From: an uncultured Thermoplasmata archaeon
GTDB taxonomy: Archaea > Thermoplasmatota > Thermoplasmata > RBG-16-68-12
Length of the DNA: 64,000 bases
Direction of reading: 5' to 3'
NCBI GenBank assembly: GCA_963768855.1
Contig: CAVYJM010000006.1
Span: 128,001 to 192,000 of the forward strand
The position numbers were made by a program, and so were the translations under genes. Positions 38,940 through 47,838 of this stretch are shown here, in pieces (position 1 is the stretch's first letter; every line of letters starts with the position of its first letter). The notes beneath the pieces were generated by a model, which made no database searches, was not told the origin of the DNA, and worked only from the letters and a program-made list of their open reading frames with translations.

Positions 38940-41737
38940 TCGCGGTCCGCCTCACGGCCAAGGAACGCGTCCTTCTCCACCTCTTGGACTACGTGAGGTT
39001 CCGCGAGGGGCTCGAGGTCCCCCCGGAGATGACCCAGGAGGGCGTCGCCGCCGCCGCATGGGTCGAGCTGCGCCACGTGAGTCAGTACCTCCGCCCGCTC
39101 CTCGCGGACGAGCTCGTCCGGGAACGCACGTGCCATGTGAAAGGGGTCCGCCAGCGGCGCAAGGTGTACGACCTCACGGAGGCGGGGCAGCACGCCGCGT
39201 TTCGGTTGCGAGACCGCGTGAAGGCGGAGACCGTCCGGGTCCAGGATGGAGGCGGCGTGCACGAGGAGACCGTCGGGGTCGTGCTCGAGTCCCTCCGGGA
39301 CCGAGTCCCCCTCCTCGAGCTCGCGCGGCGTTCGATGAGGGATGGGAAGATCGACCTCGAGGCCCTGCGCGCCGGACCCCCGTCGCCCTTCGTCGAGATG
39401 ATCGCGGAAGCCCCGCGGCTGGACCGGTTCGTCGGCCGAAAGGCGGAGCTCGGGGCGATCCTGGCGGACGACGCGGGCCCGAAGATCTTCGTCGTCCGGG
39501 GGGTGGCGGGTATCGGCAAGTCCAGCATCGCGGCCAAGGCCTGCGAGATGCTCCACGGCAAGCGCAACCTGTTCTGGCACACCCTGCGCGCCTGGGACAC
39601 CCGGATTTCCGTCCTTTCGGCCCTGGGCGCCTTCCTCGCGTCCGTGGGCCGGCCCGGCCTCCGGGCCGTCCTGTCCCGCGGGGACGTTGGCCAGGCCGCG
39701 GACGTCCTCCGCGACGATCTGCCCGGGACCGCGGCGTTCCTCGTGTTCGACGATGCCCACGAGGCCGGAGGCGACGTGCTCGCCCTCTTCCGGTTCCTGA
39801 AGGACGCGTTGGCCGGGACCCCGGATGCGCGGGCCCTCATCCTCACGCGGCGTGCGTTGGCCTTCTACGACCGGCGCGACGTGTCGCTCACGGGGATCGT
39901 GCGGGAGATCGACCTGGCCGGCCTGACGACCGAGGACATCGCGACGTTCCTCTCTCCGGATCTGGACGTCGCGGTGGGGAACCTGGGGCGGAGGCTCGGG
40001 GGGCACCCCCTGTTCCTCCAGCTCGTGCAGTCGTCTCCTCATGCGCCGGTCCATGAGGGCGCGCTGCGGAACATGCGCCGGTTCCTGGAAGAGGAGGTCT
40101 ACGTGGACCTCTCGGAGCCCGAGAGGAAGGCCCTGAAGACCGCGGCCCTCTACCGCGTGCCGGTCCCGTGGCAAGCGTTGCATTGTGACCCGTCGGTCAC
40201 CCACGACGTCATCCTCGCGCTGAGCAACCGATCCCTCCTTCGTTTCGTCGGGCCCGATGCCATCGAGGTACACGACACGATCCGGAGCTTCTTCGCGGAG
40301 ATCCTCACGCCCACGGAGGCGGACACCCTGGGGATTTTCGCGGCGACGGAGCTCGGCGTCCTTGCCTCGCAGGCCCACGCCTCGGGGGATCTTGTCGGGT
40401 GCATCGCGTATCTCTCGAACGCGCTGCGGCTGCCGGTCAAAGACGAGTCTCGCGCCGCGTTGTTCGAGGCGCTGGGCGACGCGAACGAGCGGATCGGGGA
40501 CTTCCCCGCCACGTTGACGGCCTACAAGGAGGCCATGCGGGTCACCGACACGCCGGACGTCCACGCCCGTCTTCATCGGAAGACCGCGGCGGCCCTCGAG
40601 GCGCGAGGGGAGGTCAAGGCGGCGACGCGGGAGCTTGAGGCGACCCGGCGCATCCTCGGAGACAACGTGACGGTCGAGCGGGGGTGGGTCGATCTCATCC
40701 AGAGCCGCGCGGCGAGTCGGATCGAGGATCCGGAGAAGGCACGCGAGGCTGCCCAATCCGCCTTGGATGTCTTTGAGACCTTCGGAGAGACCGCGGCCGT
40801 CGTGCGCACCCTGTACGAGCTCGGGTACATTGAGATGGAGTCCCACCCCGGAGATCTCCGCGCCGCGGAGCGATACTTCCAGAAAGCTCTCACGTTGGCT
40901 CAGGGGTTGGGCGATCGAGCCCTCATCGCCAAGGTCCACACGGCTCTCGCGAACCTCTACGCGGGCCGCCTCGGCGACGTCGATCAGGGGTTGACGCACA
41001 TCGCCGCGGTTGAGGCGGATTCGGAGGCCCTTCAGGACCTGCAGGTGCGGAGGTCGTTCCGCATGCTCCAAGGCTGGTTCCAGCTCGACATCCGGGCGGA
41101 CTTCCCCGCGGCGGAGCGTGCCTTCGCGGAAGCCGCGGACCTCGCGCGGAAGCTCCACTTCGCTCCCTCGCTGGCGTTCACCCAGTCCGCCTTCGCACTG
41201 AGCCATTACTACCAGGGGAAGGTCGCCGACGCGCGCCGCGAATTCGAGGAATACGGGAGGGAGATTCTCGCCCAGGGGTTCCCCGCCTACGCGGTCGAGG
41301 CGTTCCTCCTGGTGGCGGAGTGCGATCTCCGCCTCGGGGACCTCGCCGGCTTCCATCAGGTGTCGGAGGAGATTGGACGGCCCGAGCTCGCAGAGGGCCG
41401 CAGGGCCCGCCCCGTTCGCGTGAAGGTCCTCCAGGCGATTCGTTGTCTACTGGAAGACGATCTGGAAGGAGCGCGGAACGCCTTCGATGCGGCGCTGCGG
41501 CTCGCCGGATCCGGCGACATGATCGAGGAAGCGCTCCTCCTCCACACGGTCCACTTCTACTGCGGCCTGGCCCTTCGCGTGTGCGGTAAACGGGAGGAGG
41601 GAGAGCAGCATCTTCGCGAGTCCCGGGAGTTCCTGGAGCGGTATCACCTCAAGGCCCGCCTCTCGATTCTGCCCGAGGCGGAGCGCGAGCTGGCTGAGAC
41701 CCTCGCTCGCGGGATCCGGTCCGTCGGCCACGTCTAG
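38940..41737 (+). CDS. wHTH-STAND (NB-ARC-like) ATPase-TPR regulator 2 (start uncertain; frame open from 38918)
   Basis: RLTAKERVLLHL, MTQEGVA, RKVYDLTEAG wHTH; GVAGIGKS; VFDDAH; GGHPL; VHDTIR; TPR-like helices. Confidence 0.88.
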
Positions 41738-41937
41738 TCGTCGGGTGGTGCTTCCGCAGGAGGCAGATCCTGCGCAACCAGCGCGGCATCCTCCGCGAGC
41801 CGTTGCTGCCAGTAGTAGATCGCTGCCAGCTTCCGTTCCGTGGAGGGTTTCTTCTCGTCCAGTTTGGCCGTGATTCCCGCATAGGCCGTCTTGATGTTCG
41901 TCCACCCTGTTGGCACCGGGACCTTGCTCTTGACCAC
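41734..41937 (-). CDS. 67-aa hypothetical protein
   Basis: GGAGG SD then GTG; MVKSKVPVPTGWTNIKTAYAG...; stop overlaps the regulator 2 stop (CTAG). Confidence 0.6.
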   Translation of the reverse strand: MVKSKVPVPTGWTNIKTAYAGITAKLDEKKPSTERKLAAIYYWQQRLAEDAALVAQDLPPAEAPPDD

Positions 41938-42042
41938 GTTCCTCCCCCGACCCGCATCCGAGGGGGACGCTAAAGGGATTACGGCCCCTCGCTCCTGCGC
42001 AATCTGCGGATTCACCGCCCGTGGAGGGTCCGGAAGGCCGTG

Positions 42043-42810
42043 TCACTCGTCCATCGGCGCACCGTGAATCGGGATGATTGCGCCCTTCACGAAGCGCGCC
42101 TCCTCCGTGCAGAGCCAAGCGACGAGTTCCGCGATGTCCTGGGGGGTGCCGTGCTTCCGGTTCGTCCAGGTCGGTCCACGACGCAGCGCGTCGAGCGCCT
42201 GCTGGAACGTGAAGGTCGGGATGTAGCCCGGAGCCACAGCGTTGATCGTGACGCCATGCGGCATCTCCACCTCGGAGAGGATGCGCGTCAGCCCGTGTCG
42301 CGCGATCTTGCCGACCGTGTAGTCGTAGGGCGGTTCCATGAACTCCTCCGAACGTTCCATGCCGAGGTTCACGATGCGTCCCCATCTGCGGCGCCGCATG
42401 TCGGGGAGCGCGGCCTTGATCGTGTGGAACATGCCGTCAATCTCCGCACGCAGGACGGCCTGCCAAAAGTCATCGGCGACCTTGGTGAGATCCGGTCGTG
42501 GATCCCAGCGCCCGCCCGCGTTGTTGACGAGGATGTCCACCGGGCCGAGCTCCCGTTTCGCTTCCGCGAACAGGTCCCGCACGGCCCGGCCGTCCTGGGT
42601 GCTCGCCTCGAGCAGGATCGCGCGCACGCCGAGCGACTCGACGGCTTTCAGGAGCCGCTGGTTGCCCGCCTCCCGGGTCCGGCGGTTCGTGCCTGTGTTC
42701 AGCACGATGTCGGCGCCCTCCCGCGCGAGCGTCAGGGCCGTGCTCCGGCCCATGCCGTTCCCGGTGCTCCCTGTGACGAGGGCGACGCGGCCCTGCAGCG
42801 GCGCGGTCAT
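42043..42810 (-). CDS. Short-chain dehydrogenase/reductase
   Basis: ALVTGSTGNGMG, LVNNAG, YTVGK (YxxxK). Confidence 0.9.
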   Translation of the reverse strand: MTAPLQGRVALVTGSTGNGMGRSTALTLAREGADIVLNTGTNRRTREAGNQRLLKAVESLGVRAILLEASTQDGRAVRDLFAEAKRELGPVDILVNNAGGRWDPRPDLTKVADDFWQAVLRAEIDGMFHTIKAALPDMRRRRWGRIVNLGMERSEEFMEPPYDYTVGKIARHGLTRILSEVEMPHGVTINAVAPGYIPTFTFQQALDALRRGPTWTNRKHGTPQDIAELVAWLCTEEARFVKGAIIPIHGAPMDE

Positions 42811-42919
42811 GCCGCCGCGAACGGCAGACGCCGCCATGTACCCTGCGGTCGCCCGGGGGGCCCGCTCTCGCCGGACCGCCTCCGCATCGGAGGCGTGGGT
42901 GTCCGTCGCAAGTAGCGGC

Positions 42920-43126
42920 TCAGGCGGACAGCCGCAGGGTCTTGGTCGGAGAACGGCGGACCGCTTGCCAGGGTGCCGGGAGAGGGGAGGGCTTGCGTGT
43001 CGAGGGCCCAGGCTTCCCGTCCGCGCGGGGTTCCTTCACGATCAGGAAGACCCGCACGGTCTCGGGGTGGAGGGGGAGGAGTTCCGAGGCCCCCGATTCC
43101 GACACCGTGACGAACTGTAGCTTCAC
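42920..43126 (-). CDS. 68-aa hypothetical small protein, homolog of 33616-33765
   Basis: GTG start; VKLQFVTVSESGASELLPLHPETVRVFLIVKE; TATA-like TTTAGTA ~43160-43167. Confidence 0.6.
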   Translation of the reverse strand: MKLQFVTVSESGASELLPLHPETVRVFLIVKEPRADGKPGPSTRKPSPLPAPWQAVRRSPTKTLRLSA

Positions 43127-43318
43127 GGTCCGCCTCGGTCTCCCCCTTGGTCCCGACCCTACTAAACCGTTCTTGCACGTCCATCGAACGCTACTTGAAT
43201 CTGTTGTCGTTCGTCCGGGGACAAGCCGCTCCCGTGGCGGCCGTCGAGACGGATGCCCGGACCGGGCGTCCGCGGCACGCACGGGGAAAGCTTATTCCGC
43301 CTCTCCGATACCCGGCCG

Positions 43319-44083
43319 ATGGCTCGTTTCGAGGGTCAGGTCGTCCTGGTGACGGGCGGCTCCTCGGGCATCGGCTATGCGACCGCGAAAGCGTTCCTCG
43401 AGGAGGGCGCGAAGGTCGCGATCACCGGGCGGAACGTGGTCCGACTCCAGCGGGCGGAGAAGGAGCTCGGCCGCTTCGGCACGGTCCTCGCGATCCGCGG
43501 GGACGTGTCGAGGGCCGCGGACGCGAAACGCATGGTGTCGGAGACCGCGAAGAAGCTGGGCCCGCTCGATGTCCTCGTGAACAACGCGGGCATCTACCTC
43601 AACAAGCCGGTCGAGGCGTTCTCGGAACGCGAGTACGACGCGGTCATGGACATCAACATGAAGGGCGCGTTCCTCTGCACGAAGTTCGCGGTCCCCGGGA
43701 TGGTCAAGCGGAAGCGCGGCGCGATCGTGAACGTGGCCTCGGATAGCGGCCTGGTCGGCACCGCGGGCTCGTCCGTGTACTGCGCGTCGAAGGGCGCGAT
43801 GGTCCTGTTCACGAAGGCGGTCGCCCTCGACCATGCGAAGGACAACCTCCGCGTGAACGTGGTCTGCCCGGGCGAGGTCAAGACCCCGATGATGGAGAAG
43901 GACGCCGCGGAATCGGGCCGCGGCTTCGACGAGTACTACCAGCGGGTCGTCGCTCCCATCCCGATGAAGCGCGCGGCCACGGCGGAGGAGATCGCCCGCT
44001 CGATCCTGTTCCTGGCGAGCGACGAGGCCTCGTTCATGACGGGGGCCGCGCTCTCCGTGGACGGCGGTTCGACCGCGCTCTAG
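43319..44083 (+). CDS. Short-chain dehydrogenase/reductase
   Basis: TGGSSGIG, NNAG, YCASKG. Confidence 0.93.
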   Translation: MARFEGQVVLVTGGSSGIGYATAKAFLEEGAKVAITGRNVVRLQRAEKELGRFGTVLAIRGDVSRAADAKRMVSETAKKLGPLDVLVNNAGIYLNKPVEAFSEREYDAVMDINMKGAFLCTKFAVPGMVKRKRGAIVNVASDSGLVGTAGSSVYCASKGAMVLFTKAVALDHAKDNLRVNVVCPGEVKTPMMEKDAAESGRGFDEYYQRVVAPIPMKRAATAEEIARSILFLASDEASFMTGAALSVDGGSTAL

Positions 44084-44673
44084 CGGTCGGGGTCCGAGGT
44101 CGGGGCCTCCTGGGCGATCCGCCGCCGGATTGTGAATCCCGCGATGCACAGGAGGACGCCGACGATCAAGGCGGGGATGCCCAGGTACGGGTTCGCGAAC
44201 GCGAAGAAGATCGATGAGAAGCCCGCCAGGAAGATGCCGATCTGAAGGAGCCGCTCGCGTGGGCTCGCCCGGAGCACGTCGCTCTCGATTTCCTTCCAGA
44301 ACCGGAGGAGGAGCGCGATGAGGATGATGACGACCGCCGCGGCGACGAAGAAGTCGAACGTCAGCGTGGAATAGTAGTCGCCGAAGGTGAGGAACAGGCC
44401 GACCTCGTCCCCGACGAAGCCCGCGCCGAGACCGAAGACGACCGCGTAGATGCGGTTGTACCGCACGTCGTTCTCCGCGATGCCGAGCCACCCGGCGATT
44501 CCCATCATCGCGAGCCCGTACCAGAAGTGGTGGAAGTGGATCCCCTGGGCGACGATGACGATGTCCGGGAAGACGGTGTGGAAGATTCTCGCGCCGAAGA
44601 AGCCCGCGGTGAAGGCGAGCGTGGCGAGGAACGACAGTCCGTGTTTGTGCTGCGGAGGCTGCGGCGATGCCAT
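44080..44673 (-). CDS. Multi-pass membrane protein with HFHH motif
   Basis: GIHFHHFWYG, GFVGDE, about 6 TM segments. Confidence 0.8.
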   Translation of the reverse strand: MASPQPPQHKHGLSFLATLAFTAGFFGARIFHTVFPDIVIVAQGIHFHHFWYGLAMMGIAGWLGIAENDVRYNRIYAVVFGLGAGFVGDEVGLFLTFGDYYSTLTFDFFVAAAVVIILIALLLRFWKEIESDVLRASPRERLLQIGIFLAGFSSIFFAFANPYLGIPALIVGVLLCIAGFTIRRRIAQEAPTSDPDR

Positions 44674-44756
44674 CGCATTCTCCCTCATGTGCAAGAATGA
44701 GATAAGGGTGGCGCGGGCCGGACGGCGTGTGGCGCCCCGGGGTCGCAGGGCGTCCC

Positions 44757-45098
44757 TCAGAGGACCGTGGCCACCCAGGACAGGACGCCGCCCGCGATGA
44801 CGAGCATCGCGTCGAGGCCGAAGCCCAGGATGAACAGGATGACTCCTGCGGCGGTCGTCAGGAAGCCCGCGAAGGAGAGGCGGGCCCGCGGGAACAGGAG
44901 CGCCCGGCCGCCCCGGTAGATCCACCACGCGCCCAGCAGGGCGCCGAGGCCGAGGAGGATGCCGAACAGCCCGACGAGGGCCCCTGCGCCGATGGAGCCC
45001 ACGAGGACCAGCACGCCGCCGAGGAACGCCAGAAGCGCCGCGACGGTGCTGATCATCCGGCGGACGAGCCGAGCCCGGAAGAAGCCCCTGCCGAACAT
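44757..45098 (-). CDS. Hypothetical Gly-rich 4-TM membrane protein
   Basis: Four hydrophobic segments; start uncertain (45098 or 45057). Confidence 0.7.
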   Translation of the reverse strand: MFGRGFFRARLVRRMISTVAALLAFLGGVLVLVGSIGAGALVGLFGILLGLGALLGAWWIYRGGRALLFPRARLSFAGFLTTAAGVILFILGFGLDAMLVIAGGVLSWVATVL

Positions 45099-45219
45099 GA
45101 TGTTTTCCGGTGCGGGATTCCTTATCCCCTTTGCCCTTTGCAGGTGTCCCTCTCCGTACACTCGTGGCCGGTTCTTGCACGGCGGTGCGCAGTCGCGCGG
45201 GCCGCGGCGCGGGATTCAC

Positions 45220-46173
45220 CTAGCGCCGGGTCGTCCGCTTCCTCGTCCGGGTGGCCGTCCTCGTGCGGGCAGGCTCGGGCATCCCCGGGAGACGGGGCAG
45301 GTAACGTTTGGGGAGGACCATCTTGCACGTGCGGTGCGGGTCGACGTCCTGGCTGATGCGCAGGTCGGCCACGAGGGACGCGAGCATGTACGCGTCCTCC
45401 CACGCCAACCCGCGACCGCGGGCCAGCAGGTCGACGGCGTCCGACGTGACGAGCCGCGCAGCCTCGTCCAGATCGGGCGCGCTCGCGAGGGCATACCAGG
45501 CGTCCCGCGTCTCCACCACGGGCCGGTGCAGGTCGAGCCCCTTCAGCAGGTCGACGCGGAGCCTCGCGACCCCATCGATCTCGATCCCCGTGACGCAGAC
45601 CTCGCCGTCCGCCATGAGAGCGTGGACGTCGCCGAGGGCGAGCATCGCCCCGGGCTGGAAGACGGGCAGGTAGACCGCGTGGCCCGCGCGGATCTCGCGG
45701 GTGTCGAGGTTGCCGCCGTGGTCGCCGGGGTAGAAGGTCGAGAGGCTCTCCCGCGCGGTCGCCACGCCAATCGTGCCGATGTGCGGCTCGATCGGGAGGC
45801 GGATCTCCTCCGAGAACCGCGCGACGTCGTTCCGGATGGGCAGGATCCGGGTCTTCCCCACGCTCACCCGGTCCCCGAGGACGCCGAGCTTGGGTTCGGT
45901 GCCCACGTAGCCCACCTTGCCGACCTTGAGGCTGAGGATGGAGACCCGCAGGACGTCTCCCGGCTGGGCGCCGGAGACCTCGATCGGACCCGTCGCCCCG
46001 TTCACGTGGTCGAGGTCGATCTTGGACAGGAGGTCCGCCTCGGAGCGGATCTGGCCGCCGCAGGAGTCCTGGCATTCGACCTCGAACGTGTCGCCCGGAT
46101 GGACGGACGCCTTGGGCTGGAGGTCCGGCGTGAAGGCGAAGATCTGGCCGTCGGAGACGCGCACGCGTTGCAT
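45220..46173 (-). CDS. Acetamidase/formamidase-family protein
   Basis: TGPIEVSGAQPGD, HGGNLD, GDVHALMADGEVCVTGIE. Confidence 0.92.
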   Translation of the reverse strand: MQRVRVSDGQIFAFTPDLQPKASVHPGDTFEVECQDSCGGQIRSEADLLSKIDLDHVNGATGPIEVSGAQPGDVLRVSILSLKVGKVGYVGTEPKLGVLGDRVSVGKTRILPIRNDVARFSEEIRLPIEPHIGTIGVATARESLSTFYPGDHGGNLDTREIRAGHAVYLPVFQPGAMLALGDVHALMADGEVCVTGIEIDGVARLRVDLLKGLDLHRPVVETRDAWYALASAPDLDEAARLVTSDAVDLLARGRGLAWEDAYMLASLVADLRISQDVDPHRTCKMVLPKRYLPRLPGMPEPARTRTATRTRKRTTRR

Positions 46174-46255
46174 CGCAACCCCGGCCCGGGCAGGGCCGAC
46201 CCTCTACATAACCCCGAGGCGGACAGGTTATCTGCGGTCCCCGCGATGCCCGGTC

Positions 46256-46903
46256 GTGCGGCTCACCGTCGACCCCGGACTACGCGAATCCTTCCCGGGA
46301 CTGGACGCCCATCTCGTCCAGGTGGGCGGGCTCCGCGTCCAGGAGCGGGACGGGCGTCTCGATGCGTTCGTCCCCGTGCTGGTGCGTGAGTTCCGGGCGC
46401 GCCTGAGGCTCGAGACGTTGAAGGACGAGCCGAGCCTGCGGTCGTATCGGGATTTCTACTGGCGGGTCGGGATCGACCCCACGAAGATCCGCCCCGCCTC
46501 CGAGGCGCTCCTACGCCGCGTGCTCCAGGGGAAGGAGCTCCCGCGGATCAACACCCTCGTGGATGCGTACAACCTCGCGTCGATGCAGACGCGGATCGCG
46601 ATCGCCGCGTTCGACGCGGCGAACACGCACGGGGACGTTCGGATGAGGCTGGCGCGGGAGGGCGAGTCCTTCCTGGGGATCGGCATGGACGCGCCGGTGG
46701 TCCTCAAGGGGGTCGAGGTGGTTTGCGAGGATGACGAGGGCCTCGTGGCGATCTACCCTTACCGGGACTCGCACCGCACCCGCGTGACGACCGCGACGAC
46801 GGACACGGTCTTCATGACCTGCGGCGTGCCGGGGATCGAGCGCGTCACGCTCCTCCAAGCCGCGGAGACCACGAAGGAGTTCGTCGAGCGATTCTGTCGC
46901 TGA
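46256..46903 (+). CDS. Stand-alone B3/4 (PheRS editing-like) domain protein
   Basis: IDPTKIRPASEALLRR, INTLVDAYN, YPYRDSHRT. Confidence 0.88.
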   Translation: MRLTVDPGLRESFPGLDAHLVQVGGLRVQERDGRLDAFVPVLVREFRARLRLETLKDEPSLRSYRDFYWRVGIDPTKIRPASEALLRRVLQGKELPRINTLVDAYNLASMQTRIAIAAFDAANTHGDVRMRLAREGESFLGIGMDAPVVLKGVEVVCEDDEGLVAIYPYRDSHRTRVTTATTDTVFMTCGVPGIERVTLLQAAETTKEFVERFCR

Positions 46904-46949
46904 TTCCGCGGGCGAAGTCCCTTATTGCGCGGGCGAATAGACGGGCCGT

Positions 46950-47174
46950 ATGGCCGGGACAGAGCGGGTGGTCTTCGCGATTCGCGGGCTCGAGTGCGCG
47001 AGCTGCGCGATCGATGTGGGCCGCGCCCTGCGCAAGGTCCCGGGGATCGTGGAGATCAACATCAACTACATGATCAACAAGGGCTACGCGGAGTTCGACC
47101 CCGAGCGGATCACCTGGGAGGCGGTCTCCAAGGCCCTGACGGACCGCGGGTACACGATCGTCAAGACGCGGTGA
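46950..47174 (+). CDS. Heavy-metal-associated (CopZ-like) protein
   Basis: GLECASC CxxC motif, 74 aa. Confidence 0.88.
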   Translation: MAGTERVVFAIRGLECASCAIDVGRALRKVPGIVEININYMINKGYAEFDPERITWEAVSKALTDRGYTIVKTR

Positions 47175-47217
47175 GGGCGAACCCTTAATCCCCCGGGCGG
47201 AATGGGCGGAGCGGACC

Positions 47218-47838
47218 ATGGACGCGTTCTTCGACCAGCGCCTGATCGGCCAGATGCGGAACTTCGGGTATCTCCTCGGCGATCCGACGAAGAAGGTCGC
47301 CGCCGTGATCGACCCGAGCTTCGACGCGCGCATCCTTCAGCAGGTCGCCCGCGAGAACGGCTACTCGATCGATATCATCTTCAACACGCACCACCACCCC
47401 GACCACATCTTCGACAACGAGCGCCTGGCGGACGAGACGGGCGGGAAGGTCGCGGCCCACGAGCTGAGCATGGCCCGCAAGGACGTCATCCTCCACGACG
47501 GCGACATCGTGAAGGTCGGAGAGCTGAAGGTGAAGGTCGTGCACACGCCGGGCCATTCGCCGGATTCGTGCTGCTTCATCGTCGCGGGCCGGGTCTTCAC
47601 CGGGGACTGCCTGTTCGTCGGGGATTGCGGCCGCACGGACCTACCCGGATCGGACGTCCGGCAGATGTACGAATCCCTGTTCAACAAGGTCCGGAAGATG
47701 GACGACGATCTCGTCGTCTGCCCGGGACATCACTACGGCAAGACGCCGACGTCGACGATCGGCCGGGAGAAGAAGACGAACTACGTGCTCCAGCCGCGGA
47801 GCGTGGACGAGTTCGTCGAGTTTATGCAGACGCCTTAG
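47218..47838 (+). CDS. MBL-fold hydrolase (glyoxalase II-like)
   Basis: THHHPDH, TPGHS, FTGD, PGH. Confidence 0.92.
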   Translation: MDAFFDQRLIGQMRNFGYLLGDPTKKVAAVIDPSFDARILQQVARENGYSIDIIFNTHHHPDHIFDNERLADETGGKVAAHELSMARKDVILHDGDIVKVGELKVKVVHTPGHSPDSCCFIVAGRVFTGDCLFVGDCGRTDLPGSDVRQMYESLFNKVRKMDDDLVVCPGHHYGKTPTSTIGREKKTNYVLQPRSVDEFVEFMQTP

